Position numbers and translations under genes: made by a program. From positions 322,445 through 386,444 of the forward strand of contig NMRA01000091.1 of the NCBI GenBank assembly GCA_002633005.1: 64,000 nucleotides of DNA, in the 5' to 3' direction. This DNA comes from Phoronis australis. Lineage: Eukaryota; Animalia; Phoronida. Below, in pieces: positions 1-13,400 of the stretch. Position 1 is the stretch's first letter; each line of letters begins with the position of its first letter. The notes beneath the pieces are model-generated. The model was not told the DNA's origin, did no database searches, and saw only the letters and a list, made by a program, of their open reading frames with translations.

Positions 1-475
1 TGCAAGATTGCGAAAGACTCCACGACACATCACCATGTGTCACAAACAAAGCATATTAGCTTTTTTCATGAGTGTCTTAGGTCTACAGAATGTTGCCCAG
101 TGCTTCTGAAGTTCAAAAAGATGTGAAGTACAGTCGAGTCTTCCCTCGGGGAAACTAGGTCGCAAGCTCGTCGCATAGATATCGGTAGATAGGCGTATCC
201 ATTGATCACTTTGTTTTTCTTATAATAAAGATAATGGTAACCATTTATTGGTAACCGGCTGATGTGCGCCCATGGTACGATATCCATGCGACCTGCATTG
301 TTATATCCAACAAAAACGTAACAAAGGAAAACAATGGTAGCCTCCCATAGGCACTAACCATGTGACATGCTTACGCCGGTCTCATGGATCTCGCAAGTTA
401 AGCAATAGCTTGCGAAATCCATACGACGTCATTCGGCATGGGTTGTTATCACAGACATTCAAGTACCTTCAAAAT

Positions 476-3400
476 CTCCATGTTATAGCGCTAGTTTATT
501 GTAATCAGAGAAGACCTATAGGTCATTTGCATTCTTGACTCCATTTGTAAACTCCTATTGCAACAGGCTTTCTCGAATGCTCACATTTTTCGCATTCGCC
601 ATTTGACTTATTGCGTTACCTGTTTTCCCCAGTTTTGCAAGCTTGACTTGCATTTTCCTTCGTATACTTTTCTTGGTATTCTATTTTCTTTTGAGACTAA
701 ACTCTGAAAATCTTGATGGCAGAACTCCGCATCAAATTCTGAGGTTGAATAAGTTATCTCGCCAGTCGCCTCTGACTTAAGCAATTTGTGAACTAATTGG
801 TTTCGTTTTCCTAACATACTGACCCAGTGCTGATGGTCACTGGGGACGGGAAATTTTGAATGTTTTATCGCTTTCAATGATTGTGAGTTTTGTGACTAGT
901 AGTACCAAAATATAAATGCATCTGTAATATCACGACCCAAAATGCATCTGTAATATCATGACCCAAAATGCATCTGTAATATCACGACCCAGAATGCAAC
1001 TGCAATATCATGACCCAAAATGCAACTGTAATATCATGACCCAAAATGCATCTGTAATATCACGATCCAAAATGCATGTGTAGTATCACGACCCAAAATG
1101 CATCTGTTATACCATGACCCAAAGTGCATCTGTTATACCATGACCCAAAGTGCATCTGTAATATCACCACTTGTACAGTGTATCACTGTTAACATTCTAC
1201 ACTGTAACCAGTATCGACTGTAGGCATCCTGTGGGAACTACGGACAAGTTATACTTCCTGTATCTAATACAGGCAGCCATAACATTTGTGCTTGACTGTC
1301 TTAAAGCACGGATGAATTGTTATGAGAGTGAGCGTTCAAGAACTAAACTTTTAATTTAGACCACTTGCCCCTATAAATGTGGTCTCAAACTTGTCACTTA
1401 CTCAAATGAAAAGGGATTTCTGTGCTTGGATTGAACTGGCAGCGTATTGTTGCGCGAGATCATTCTCAGTGTGTAAAACGACCTGCCGTGACTACTTGTT
1501 CAGCATGGTGTCCTCCATTATAATTTACTGTCAGGTGATTTCAAACCAAAAATCGCCTGGAGCAAGGTGAGACCAATTTTGTAGCTGTCTAACCTTAATG
1601 TGTCCAAGTTTCCCCCACTGCTGGCGCCTCACATTCCTTTCGAACCTTTCACCGCCTCTTTCCTCTCAAAACCCAGGTGAAACACTCATGCAGGTGTCAC
1701 ATATCTAAGCTCAATGCAAGTGACGAGCTACCAGCTCAGCTGGCTGCCTCAAATTACAGCTGAGCACATAACTCATGTGAAGGCATTAACGACTGAATGA
1801 ACTACTGGCTAGATCATTCAGTTGTCTGGGTGGTAGGTAGCTATGTGCTCAGTTAACTTTCATTTTGAGGCTTCCAGCTGTGTTCATGGCTCTCCTTTGG
1901 CACTGAGATTTGTATTTGACAGATGTCTGTAAAGTTATAAAATCGATTTTCCTGAATTTAAAATTCCATTCCTATGGGTGACTTTTCATACTCTGGCAGT
2001 TAAGTTGTTTCATTATCATTGAGTGTACACTGACACTTTGAATGTACATGTCGATGAACTTAAATATGTTGCCAGTTCAGTTATTCCAGTTAAAAGTAGT
2101 GTAGACGGGTCATCTGTGAGTAGCCTGAGGTCCTCTGCTACGATTTTCAAATTTTGTTTCTTGTTCCAGTCGAGGCAGTCGCTATCACTCCCGGTCCAGA
2201 AGTCGTAGCCCATATTCCCGAAAAAGGCGATCNCTCCAAGTTATAGCGCTAGTTTGTTGTAATCAGAGAAGACATATAAGTCATTTGCATTCTTGACTCC
2301 ATTCGTAAACTCCTATTGCAACAGGCTTTCTCTATAGCTCAGATTTTTCGCACTTGCCATTTGACTTATTGCGTTACCTGTTTTCCCCAGTTTTGCAAGC
2401 TTGAGTTGCATTTTCCTTCGTATACTTTTCTTGGTATTCTATTTTCTTTTGAGACAAAACTCTGAAAATCTCGATGGCAGAACTCCGCATCAAATTCTGA
2501 GGTTGAATAAGTTATCTTGCCAGTCGCCTCTGACTTAAGCAATTTGTGAACTAATTGGTTTTGTTTTCCTAACACACTGACCCAGTGCTGATGGTCACTG
2601 GGGACGGGAAATTTTGAATGTTTTATCGCTTTCAATGATTGTGAGTTTTGTGACTAGTAGTACCAAAATGCATCTGTGATATCACGATCCAAAATGCATC
2701 TGTAATATCACGACCCAAAATGCAACTGTAATATCATGACCCAAAATGCATCTGTAATATCACGACCCAAAATGCAAATGTAACATCATGACCCAAAATG
2801 CAACTGTAACATCACGACCCAAAATGCATCTGTTATACCATGACCCAAAGTGCATCTGTTATACCATGACCCAAAGTGCATCTGTAATATCACCACTTGT
2901 ACAGTGTATCACTGTTCACATTCTACACTGTAACCAGTATCGACTGTAGGCATCCTGTGGGAACTACGGACAAGTTATACTTCCTGTATCTAATACAGGC
3001 AGCCATAACATTTGTGCTTGACTGTCTTAAAGCACGGATGAATCGTTATGAGAGTGAGCGTTCAAGAACTAAACTTTTAATTTAGACCACTTGCCCCTAT
3101 AAATGTGGTCTCAAACTTGTCACTTACTCAAATGAAAAGGGATTTCTGTGCTTGGATTGAACTGGCAGCGTATTGTTGCACGAAATCGTTCTCAGTGTGT
3201 AAAAGGACCTGCCGTGACTACTTGTTCAGCATGGTGTCCTCCATTATAATTTACTGTCAGGTGATTTCAAACCAAAAATCGCCTGGAGCAAGGTGAGACC
3301 AATTTTGTAGCTGTCTAACCTTAATGTGTCCAAGTTTCCCCCACTGCTGGCGCCTCACATTCCTTTCGAACCTTTCACCGCCTCTTTCCTCTCAAAACCC

Positions 3401-3958
3401 AGGTGAAACACTCATGCAGGTGTCACATATCTAAGCTCAATGCAAGTGACGAGCTACCAGCTCAGCTGGCTGCCTCAAATTACAGCTGAGCACATAACTC
3501 ATGTGAAGGCATTAACGACTGAATGAACTACTGGCTAGATCATTCAGTTGTCTGGGTGGTAGGTAGCTATGTGCTCAGTTAACTTTCATTTTGAGGCTTC
3601 CAGCTGTGTTCATGGCTCTCCTTTGGCACTGAGATTTTGATTTGACAGATGTCTGTAAAGTTATAAAATCGATTTTCCTGAATTTAAAATTCCATTCCTA
3701 TGGGTGACTTTTCATACTCCGGCAGTTAAGTTGTTTCATTGTCATTGAGTGTACACTGACACTTTGAATGTACATGACGATGAACTTAAATATGTTGCCA
3801 GTTCAGTTATTCCAGTTAAAAGTAGTGTAGACGGGTCATCTGTGAGTAGCCTGAGGTCCTCTGCTACGATTTTCAAATTTTGTTTCTTGTTTCAGTCGAG
3901 GCAGTCGCTATCACTCCCGGTCCAGAAGTCGTAGCCCATATTCCCGAAAAAGGCGATC
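476..3958. repeat. Near-identical ~1.75 kb direct duplication around a single n (476..2232 vs 2234..3958), probably an assembly overlap
   Basis: Same sequence on both sides of n at 2233, differing by scattered substitutions and minisatellite copy number. Confidence 0.9.
913..1170. repeat. 26-bp minisatellite (aaaatgcatctgtaatatcacgaccc), ~10 copies
   Basis: Direct reading; a second version with ~9 copies at ~2665-2896 lies in the duplicated segment. Confidence 0.95.
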
Positions 3959-4444
3959 TCACAAAGCAAGATCTAGGTCACGCTCAAAGACTTCCAGCAC
4001 ACGTGATGGGTCACGGACAACAGTGTCGCGTTCTTCAGGGGTCAATAAGTTTGCCTCAAGCAGCCTGGCCGCTGAGCTCAGTAAGCATAGGAAGGCTAAG
4101 GAGCTCATTGCAAAGTCACGTGACATGTCAAACTCACCTGCTGTTAAAGACATTCGGCCTGTTGAGCCTCCTCGTGAAATAATAGATGTGGACAAGATTT
4201 CGGAGCGGTCCATTCAAGCAACTGGACAGTTTGAGAACTTGGTGATCAAAGTTGACAACCCGGCGGTGAAGCAGCGATCGCCGTCGCCCGAGATTATACG
4301 GGAGGATCTGCGCCGGGTGGAGGCACGTGATGGGCGGAAGTTTGAAGATCGTCTTGGCACAATGGGCACGCTGCCACAGCTTCCACTGCCCCCGGTTGAC
4401 CCCAATGACAACCCTGATGATGAGGGTGATCTCAGCCCATATGG
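3896..4444 (+). CDS. CDK12: CDK12/13 exon, RS-rich and Pro-rich region
   Basis: ttcag| acceptor at 3895; reads [21 protein letters not shown]...[11 protein letters not shown]...LPQLPLPP; donor gg|gtatgt. Confidence 0.88.
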
Positions 4445-7400
4445 GTATGTTGTCATTAGCTGCTCACCTCTATTCCATGTTCCCAACTTTGTGGATGTCA
4501 TCTCGGCTTTTATTCATTCTCAATCTAGTACCCTGGTTGCATAGACTAGTAAAGATTCTGTCTTACAATTATGACTGTAGAAGTACATTGGCAGCGACTG
4601 CGCTTTGCTGAAATGAGATTAACTTATTTTTTGGAAATAGTTGTGTGGAACACAAGATGATATTTCTGACTTAAATCTAGTCATGGATCTTAGATTCCAG
4701 CGAAAATTGCGCTCCCCTCGGTTTGTGTTCATGGATGTCAAATGTCAGCACAGCTTTCGTAGGTATCTGACGTATTCAAATTGAGTAGAAATAATTGGTG
4801 TATTTTCCAACATGATGGTACTGTTTTGAGAAGGTAAAGATGTATTTCATAATCATTTGCATCTGTGGAAATGTACTGTACATCGGCTGTGCGAATGATG
4901 TCTAGCTTTCTAGTTGTGTTTCTGCTGCAATATATTCAAAGTAGGTAGTCTTCTCTCCTCACAAACGATACAGGCGTTTTTACAAACAGTGCTATGATGA
5001 ACACTACTCTTTTCTCATCAACCCTCTCAGGTGCACTTCAATTCCCTTACCGAATAATGTTCTGTCTTCTATCCAGAAAAGGTAGTATTTGTAGTGTGTT
5101 GACAGTTAGGGTCCACTGACGGTCACTGCGGCTTGTGGGAAAAGAAATTTTTCATATGGAAAGAATAGCAGTATGTGAGAGAAGAACCACAGGTTGCGAG
5201 AAAAGAATTGTGAACACTTTCGTGCATATTTTCAGTCATCGCTCAAGGTATGACCGGGAGTCATCAGCCAGTCGCAGGAGTGGCCGTCCCAGTATCCGCG
5301 ACCTCCCGATGCCCCCACACCATGGCGACCACTTGGAGCCAGAAATCGAGAACGAACCTCCCCGTCAAGAGTCGGCCATGCGCAAGCCAAAGTAAGTACG
5401 ATGAGTAAAACTTGTTGGCTGATGACAGACCGGCAAATCTGCGTGAAAGTTTCAGTGGAGTCCAACATGAATACACAAGATGATGCGCTCCTTGTTCTTT
5501 CAATTTAGTTTGCGTCATTCATCAGATATTTGCTGAAGTATGGTGCATCCCCTTTTCAATTCTTGAAATTATAACTCAGTTTCAACAATGCGAAGTATTC
5601 CTGAGTTGATCCATGTCTGTTCAATTGTAGATGACGTTTCTTCAGTAGGTCTTATGATTTATTACTGTAAAAACATATACTTGATGAAAAAGTTTCAGGT
5701 AACTTAGCCAAATATTGCTGCCCTCTGATTGTTCAACCCAAACTCTGAAGCAACGAGCTTTGCAGCAATCATATGGAAAGAAAACTTGAAAGTTTGATAA
5801 TCATTTCTGAGTGTAAAACCTAGAGAAGTAATGTTGTTGTATTAATAATTTAATAGTAGAAGAAAAACGTGACTCGTTCTCAGTTTTCAATTGTTTGAGT
5901 AGCACAGGTGCTGACTCTTGATATTGCCTAGAGCATTCATTATATGCTTGTAATCCACTCTTGATATTACCTAGTGCATTCATTATATGCTTGTAATCCA
6001 CTCTTGATATTGCCTAGTGCATTCATTATATGCTTGTAATCCACTCTTGATATTGCCTAGTGCATTCATTATATGCTTGTAATCCACTCTTGATATTGCC
6101 TAATGCATTCATTATATGCTTTTTATCCAGGGTACTTAACCGCCCTCAAATATTGGACAAGAACAAGTATGACTGGGGTGAAAGATGGGTGGATATCTTT
6201 GACATCATCTGTCCTGTGGGGGAGGGAACGTATGGCCAGGTGTACAAGGCCAAAGACAAGCAGACAGGTAAATGAAACTTTTGGTGTTAAGCTTTGTTTT
6301 AAAAAACCTTCTTGGCAAAGCAATCGCCCCTTTACTGTCTCAGAGGCATCTCAGTTCCCTAGTCCTTTCTGTACACCAAGTAGTTGTTCTATTTTTATTA
6401 TTGCGTACGAATCATGTTTTGGCAGATATGTTAGAAAATAAGTCTCTTGTTAATCTTATGATATTACGATGTGTTCAAGACTAGAAATTTGCAACAGGTG
6501 ACATGGTAGCACTGAAGAAGGTCCGACTTGAGAATGAGAAAGAAGGATTCCCCATCACAGCCATTCGAGAGATCAAGATATTGAGGCAGCTGAACCACCA
6601 AAATATAGTCAACCTGTCGGAGATTGTCACTGACAAGAGTGACGCTATAGACTTCCGCAAGGACAAAGGTAGATGGTTACCTGGTGTTGACTGGGGGGTG
6701 CATTTGACAGTCCTGTTCACTTGTACCGAATGATCCTCGTCACCACTAATTTCATGCAAAAATTCCGATGCTGTGACAGCCCCTAGTCATATCATGGGAA
6801 AAACACTTTCAATCTAAATTTATGAAATGTGCTAATCTTCGGTCTGTCATCTTTGTAGTTAAACGAAAATCTAAGTAGATTTCATGCAAAATGGAAAAAT
6901 TAGTGGAAACTCCAGCTTTTTATATTCACTTAGTTGGATCATTGGCTGTGGCATTGCAATAATTTTTGATATGTGCTCTTCGGCGCCGTGGTACTAGGAA
7001 CCAATCCTAATGGGAGATATGATCAAGCCTGTTACAGTACTTCCACTGGCGCATGGTCATCAGCATTATACTGTACACTAGATCAAGTGAGGCAAAAAAG
7101 GCTTTCAAGAATTTTGTTTAAATTGGCAAGTTGCAAGGTGTATCTGCTGGGTTAAAAAGATTAGCAACACTGTTCAAAAGTATAAGAATGAGTATCGTCA
7201 TGTCCGCCAATTCAAGGAAAGTTGAACTTTATACACGGTGCAAGTGAGGACATTACTGAGAAATACAATAGATAAGAAATGATTTGCATTGCAAAATGGC
7301 ATATGTGTACAGTCCAACAAAGCTTCAGTGAACTGCAATCAGGTGTGGGTCACTTGACTTCCTGTCACGCATCAAAAAGGACTCTGTCCGGTGAGAACTT

Positions 7401-10400
7401 AAAAATTTGGTAGGTACTAGTACTGTTCTCGAAATCAGTAAATGTAATTTTTTGTTGTGGTTTCTCTGCCAGACACTTATTAAATGTGCAAAATAAAATA
7501 ATCCAAGTGATATTTAAGAGTTTCTGAGTTGAAGTGGCAAAAGAGTAAGTAAACTCCCTCGCTTCAAATATCTGTGTACTCATTTCTTAAAGCCTGCTTT
7601 TGATGTGACTACTTTTAAAATTCTAAGACTGATTACTTTAGTGTACGTGGCACTCAGTGGAGCTATGATTTGAGTCTTGTCAGTTGCACACTGTATTGAG
7701 ACTCGTGTGGCTGCATGTATGTAAAACATTAGAGTAACATCAAGGAGGAGGGTTTGAAAATGACGTGTGTAAAGCTCACTCATCCATTACTAAGTGATAG
7801 ATGTTGTCATCTATTCAATGGAGCAGTGATTATTGATATGGAAAGTATTAAAAATGAGAGTCAGGGGATAATTGGCACAAGATGGTGATACATCTGGTAT
7901 GCATAATCTTCTGTGGGAGTGTACCTCGTACAAGAGCAATTAAGTCATTATTACTTAGAAATTAGTTTTCACATCACGACACTTCCTAATCTAAAGGACA
8001 GAATGTCGTGGAAGTTCTAAGACAACTTTAGGCTAACTGTATTCCTGGCTCCACGACTTGGATGTTCACATGTAATTTCTTTTGCACAATACTGAAATTC
8101 AGCAAACAATGGAGTAAGTGTTATGTTTTGATATGTATGTCAAGTACTACCAACACTTTGTTTTTGCTGTTGAAGAAATAGGCATTTTTCTAGAATTGCA
8201 GTTCGTCTAGGGATGTTCCTTGAGCAATTTTTGTCTGGGAATGTACAGTAGCTGGTCAGGATATGGCAACTTGCTCGCTGGAGAAAAGCTGTCAGTCTGC
8301 AATCGTTTTTTTTTTTTGTTTTTTCTGTGCGTTCTTATTAGTCTCCTCCAATAAAGAATTTGTAACCTTGCACACATACACTGTATCTTAACTGACCTAA
8401 AGTATATGCATGTATTTAGGCCCGTGTGCCTGTATGTGAAGCCGCGCCAATATCCAGAATTAGGCTCGTGCGACTATATGATAAACATGTGAGCAAAAAA
8501 ACCAGTGTGAAACTTTCTAGATGTGTAACGTGTATTCAGCTTAATATTCGCTATTTAAAACGAAAAGTACTAGAAAAAGACATTGAAAGACATGCGGGAA
8601 ATAGCCAATTATAACACGTGCATATGCAAGATACAATTAGTCAATGGATGTAAGTGAAGCATAGCGCCATCTGTTATTGCAAAGTGCATACTAGAACAAA
8701 AGTTCTTTTGGATATAGGCGCATATGTGGTGTGAGTTGTCACCTCTGTTTGCTTAGATGTGGTTTGAATGGTGTTCAAGCACATGAACCATATTGTTTAG
8801 ATGTGGTTTGAATGGTGTTCAAGCACACAAACCATATTGTTTAGATGTGGTTTGAATGGTGTTCCAAGCACATGAACCATATTGTTTAGATGTGGTTTGA
8901 ATGGTGTTCAAGCACACGAACCATTTTGTATTTTTACTTCTAGTGGTCTTTCCCTGTATTCAGGTGTGTTTTACCTGGTGCTCAAATACACAAACCACTC
9001 AGTATTTTTAATACTAGTCCCTTGTCTCGCCCCGTATTCAGGTGCATTCTACCTGGTGTTTGAGTACATGGACCACGACCTGATGGGCTTGCTGGAGAGC
9101 GGCATGGTTCACTTTCACGAGGAGCATATCGCCTCCTTCATGAAACAGCTCCTGGATGGTCTTAACTACTGTCACAAGAAGAACTTCCTTCACCGCGACA
9201 TCAAGTGCTCCAATATCTTGATGAGTAATAGGTAACACGACTTGTCCACTGGCCTAATTAGTTTCGTGGATGTGTCATTCTGTTGGCAGGGCAGCGTGCA
9301 AATGTAACCCCCTTGTTTTCAGGTTCTGTGATAGAATCACTTTCTTAAGATATTCTAGACGTTATCAACCATTGAAATGCTCAGTTAAACAGACGACGGG
9401 TTCACCTTTTTCTTGCTGGACTTACTGTTATATGCGTACTAATTGTTTATAACAAATGAACTTTCTTCAGTTGTGACTTCCAAACTTCTGTTATTTCTTC
9501 GCAACAGTGTCTGCTGGTTATACCAAGTACGTTTATTAGTGTCTGCTGGTTATCACAAGTATATTTATTAGTGTCTGCTGGTTATTCCAAGTACGTTTGT
9601 TCCTGCTGTTTTAGTTCTGGTCTCCTGTGTTTAATTACTGTCATCTCTGCTCTAACATGCTTACTGTTGCTTTATCGTACTACAAGGGGTCAGATAAAGC
9701 TGGCCGACTTTGGTCTGGCGCGTCTCTACAATGCGGAGGATCGTGAGCGGCCATACACGAACCGCGTGATCACACTGTGGTACCGCCCGCCGGAACTGTT
9801 GCTGGGGGAGGAGCGCTACGGGCCGTGGATCGACGTTTGGAGCTGTGGGTAAGTAGAGAGAAGATTTATGAGACTTATGATGGAAGTGGAGGTAGAGGCC
9901 ATGGCTTCTCTTGGAAACATTTAGCACCTCTTCATATTTAATCGTGAACAAAACTGGCTTGCAGGAATGTGCCATGTTGTGTCTAAGGAAGTACATTTAT
10001 AGTAAGAGAATCTGGTTGACTTCATGAGCAATGGCTAGTTATCACTGGTTTACTGGTTTTCACAACACATCAAAGAACTGTGCAATGTTGTCTTCCTTGA
10101 CATTTATTCTCTGTCGTTATTGTCGACCTTGTGTTTGCAATCCAAGCAGTGGTTTCTGCCTTCTGTGCAATGATGCTGGTTGAGAGTGTGTGCGTGCGTG
10201 CGTGTCTTGGTGGTTGTTATGTGTGCACTATTGCAGGTGTCTACCATCTGTCCTGGTTGGTAACATTACAAGTTTCATTCTGATGACTGGTAAGTATTTC
10301 TGATAATTCAGTCTTTATTTTAAAGAAATCTTCCATTATTATTGTCGGTTGGCATTACTTTTATCTTTGGCAGTAGTTGATATTTTGTACGAGTCCTGTT

Positions 10401-13400
10401 TGCGTAGAATTTTGAGAACTTGTTTCGCATAGGTACTATTGTCATTAATGTTTTGTCAATTAGAGCTAGCTGTTGTGGATACAATGTAATACAGCTTCAC
10501 TCTTTCAGAGTTGGTTGGGGTAAACATTAGAAAGCATATTATATTGGCAGAGGTGAGATTAAATTCTATTGTCAGGCCGCCATGTTGTGAGAATGTTCTT
10601 GACCTTTGCCTTCTTTCCAGGTGCATTCTGGGTGAATTCTTCACCAAGCGGCCCATCTTCCAGGCCAATCAGGAGATGGCTCAGTTGGAGTTGATCAGTA
10701 AAACATGCGGTAGTCCAACCCCTGCCGTCTGGCCAGATGTCATCAAGCTGCCTCACTTTCACTCTATGAAGTTGAAGAAGCAGTACCGACGTCGACTGCG
10801 AGAGGAATTCTCTTTGTAAGTGCTCCTTGGTCTACTTGTTGCTCGTCGTTAAGGTAATTAACGGTTGTGAGAAAACGCATTTAAATGCTAGTGATGGGTT
10901 TTCGCCTCAATCTTAGAGGCCCTTCATAAATTTGATCTTTTAAATTCAGTTGTCATTTATTGTTCAATTCTATCTAAGTTGGAAATGGCAGTCTTGGCAA
11001 GGAAATGCCTCAGTCGTGTTTCATAGGCTTCGTTACATTTCTTGCTTTGCATTGAACAGTAAATGGATTGGGCAAGTGCAGCTTCAACCTTTGACCTGCA
11101 CATTTCCCATGTGCCAGCCTGCTTCCTGTGTCAAGCCTGTTTGTCTGTGCTTTCAGCCTGCCCAAGCTGGCCCTGGACTTGATGGATCAGATGTTAGAAC
11201 TGGACCCAACCAAACGAATCAGTGCTGAGCTTGCCCTTGACTGCCCTTGGTTGTGTAACGTGGACCCCAACTGCATTCCACCGCCTGAGTACGTACACAG
11301 TGTTTCCCACTTTGGTCCACCTCAACTTATGGTCATTTGTCTTTTCGACAGATCTCGCTGTGGAATTTTTTGAGTGATGTTCAGTAAGCCTGGGACTGCA
11401 AACACACGCCCATGACAGCTGATAGTTCCTGTTCAAGGCTTGTTACTTTCATCCTACAAGCCACAAAATTAGTGTAAAAGCTACTTGTGGGCGTCTCAGA
11501 GTTATGACCAGTAATAACGCCATTGTTAAGGGCATTCAATAAAATGTGTCGTGATCATAAAACGACTTGATAAAACAGCTTCCAGCTCACTTAGTACTCA
11601 AAGTCAAATTTGAAATTATTTTTGGCATTTTCTGTAATTCTGTTTTGTGCAAACTCGAAGATAAGTTTCCAATATTCTGTGCTCGATGACATTATGGTTT
11701 ATGTATACAAGTTTCTAGTCCAAGTTTGCACTTGATGGTTTATAGATTTGAGCTACAAACTTGAGTAAAAATTTGAGATTTCTAGTTCAAACTCGAAATT
11801 CTTAGTTCAGATTCGTAACTTTTAGCATGGGATTAGACAGTTATTCACGCAAACCATTACGTACACGAGCAGAGAATATTACATTTTTATTGAGTTCATG
11901 CACAAGTAAAACAGAAAGCACCAAAAATAATTTCGAGTTAGATTTCGAGTAAAAAGGTTAAACCCCGGGTCAGGGTCTTAGTGTTGTTGGTTATTCCTGA
12001 ATGGAGAACTATCCATGAATTTTGCTGAAAACAGAAGTTTGAAAAAACTGTACAGAGGCATTTTCAGCTTGAGTGAAGATCGTGCTTACAGTCAGTCAGT
12101 TACCAATTTGTGAGAAAGATGTGTAATTTATAAAGGGTCATTGTATTTATTAGTTGTGTTGACATTTCTTGCTTTATGTTTTTTTTTTCTGACTTCTGTT
12201 CCATAGACTCTATGGTTGTGCTTTGTCTGTTTCCAGGTTGCCACGGGACCAGGATTGTCACGAGATGTGGAGCAAGAAACGGAAGAAGAGCATGCGAGAA
12301 GCCATGAAATTGGAGCAGGAGAGGGGTCGTGGGAGTGCAGGGTCAATTAGTGCATCTCGAGACGAAGGCTTAAGGAAGGGAGTGGATAGACCATCAAGAC
12401 CGTCTAGTAGGAATGCTTCGTCCACCTCCGTGTCTGGTGCTGGGTCGTCAAGTTCGACCAAGGCTGAAAAGCCAAGTTCCATCAGCAGCTCGTTGTTTTC
12501 GAAGGAGCCCGAGTCAATACCCGGCCTAGATTTTGGTAATGACGACAATTCAAAAATGGACTCTGAACTGGAGGTATCACAAGCTGGTGACCCCGTGGCA
12601 CCAGTAAAGCAGGAGTCTGACATTGAGGAGGGGACGGCAGACAACAAACTAGCAGCCAATCAGTTGGCAGGACTAGCCAGCCTGCTGTCATCTTCCAATC
12701 AGGGACTGAATGTGCAGCAGCTGGCACAGGTGCTCAACATTCCTGTAGACCAGACAACATCACAGCTGCTAGAAAGTCTCAACATGCAGCTGCTGCTGGC
12801 AGCTGCCGCCAAGCAAGTCCAGGAGAATACAAACAACCCTGCCCCAGTGTCCGATCTTCCAGCAGCAGTCAACCCCAGCCAGCCGGTTGTGAGTTCAGTT
12901 GGTCATTACAAGCAGCCTCCAGTGTCGTCCTCATCATCAAATGAAGGAGTGAAAACTGCGCTAGCTCAGCTGCTAGCACAGCAGGGTGTCCCTGTAAACA
13001 GCACACGCACGGCACAGGGAGCAGCAGAGTCTGCGTATTCCAAATCCATTGACAGCTTTGGACACTCTTCCGATCCGAGCACGCGCAATACTTTCAGTAC
13101 TGACCTGCTCTCCAGTGTACGGTCAACTTCATCTTCTCAGAGGCCGTCATCATTTGGTTATGAGGGAAATTACAGTCGGTACACTAACCCAGAGCCAGGT
13201 CAGGGGGCAGAGGGTCTCCATCTACCCAAACCTAATGAACCAGTGACAAGCCAAGCCATTCTAGACAGCCTGCGTAGTGATAGTCTGGACTCTCGTCAGG
13301 GCAATGTTCATAACAAGGGCTATTTCAACCAGTATGAGGATGGGCTAGGTGACGCTTCCAAGGGCAGGTATGGGTCACGACCTCCGCCGCCAGCGAGTAG

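Noticed and set aside
913-1170. CRISPR-like regular repeat
   Set aside because: Contiguous 26-bp minisatellite without spacers.
608-1570. Short ORFs repeated at 2366-3296, suggesting duplicated small genes
   Set aside because: They repeat only because the segment is duplicated; no recognisable domains, intronic location, mostly non-ATG starts.
12258-12727. Antisense ORFs of 133 and 81 aa
   Set aside because: Shadow frames of the CDK12 terminal exon.
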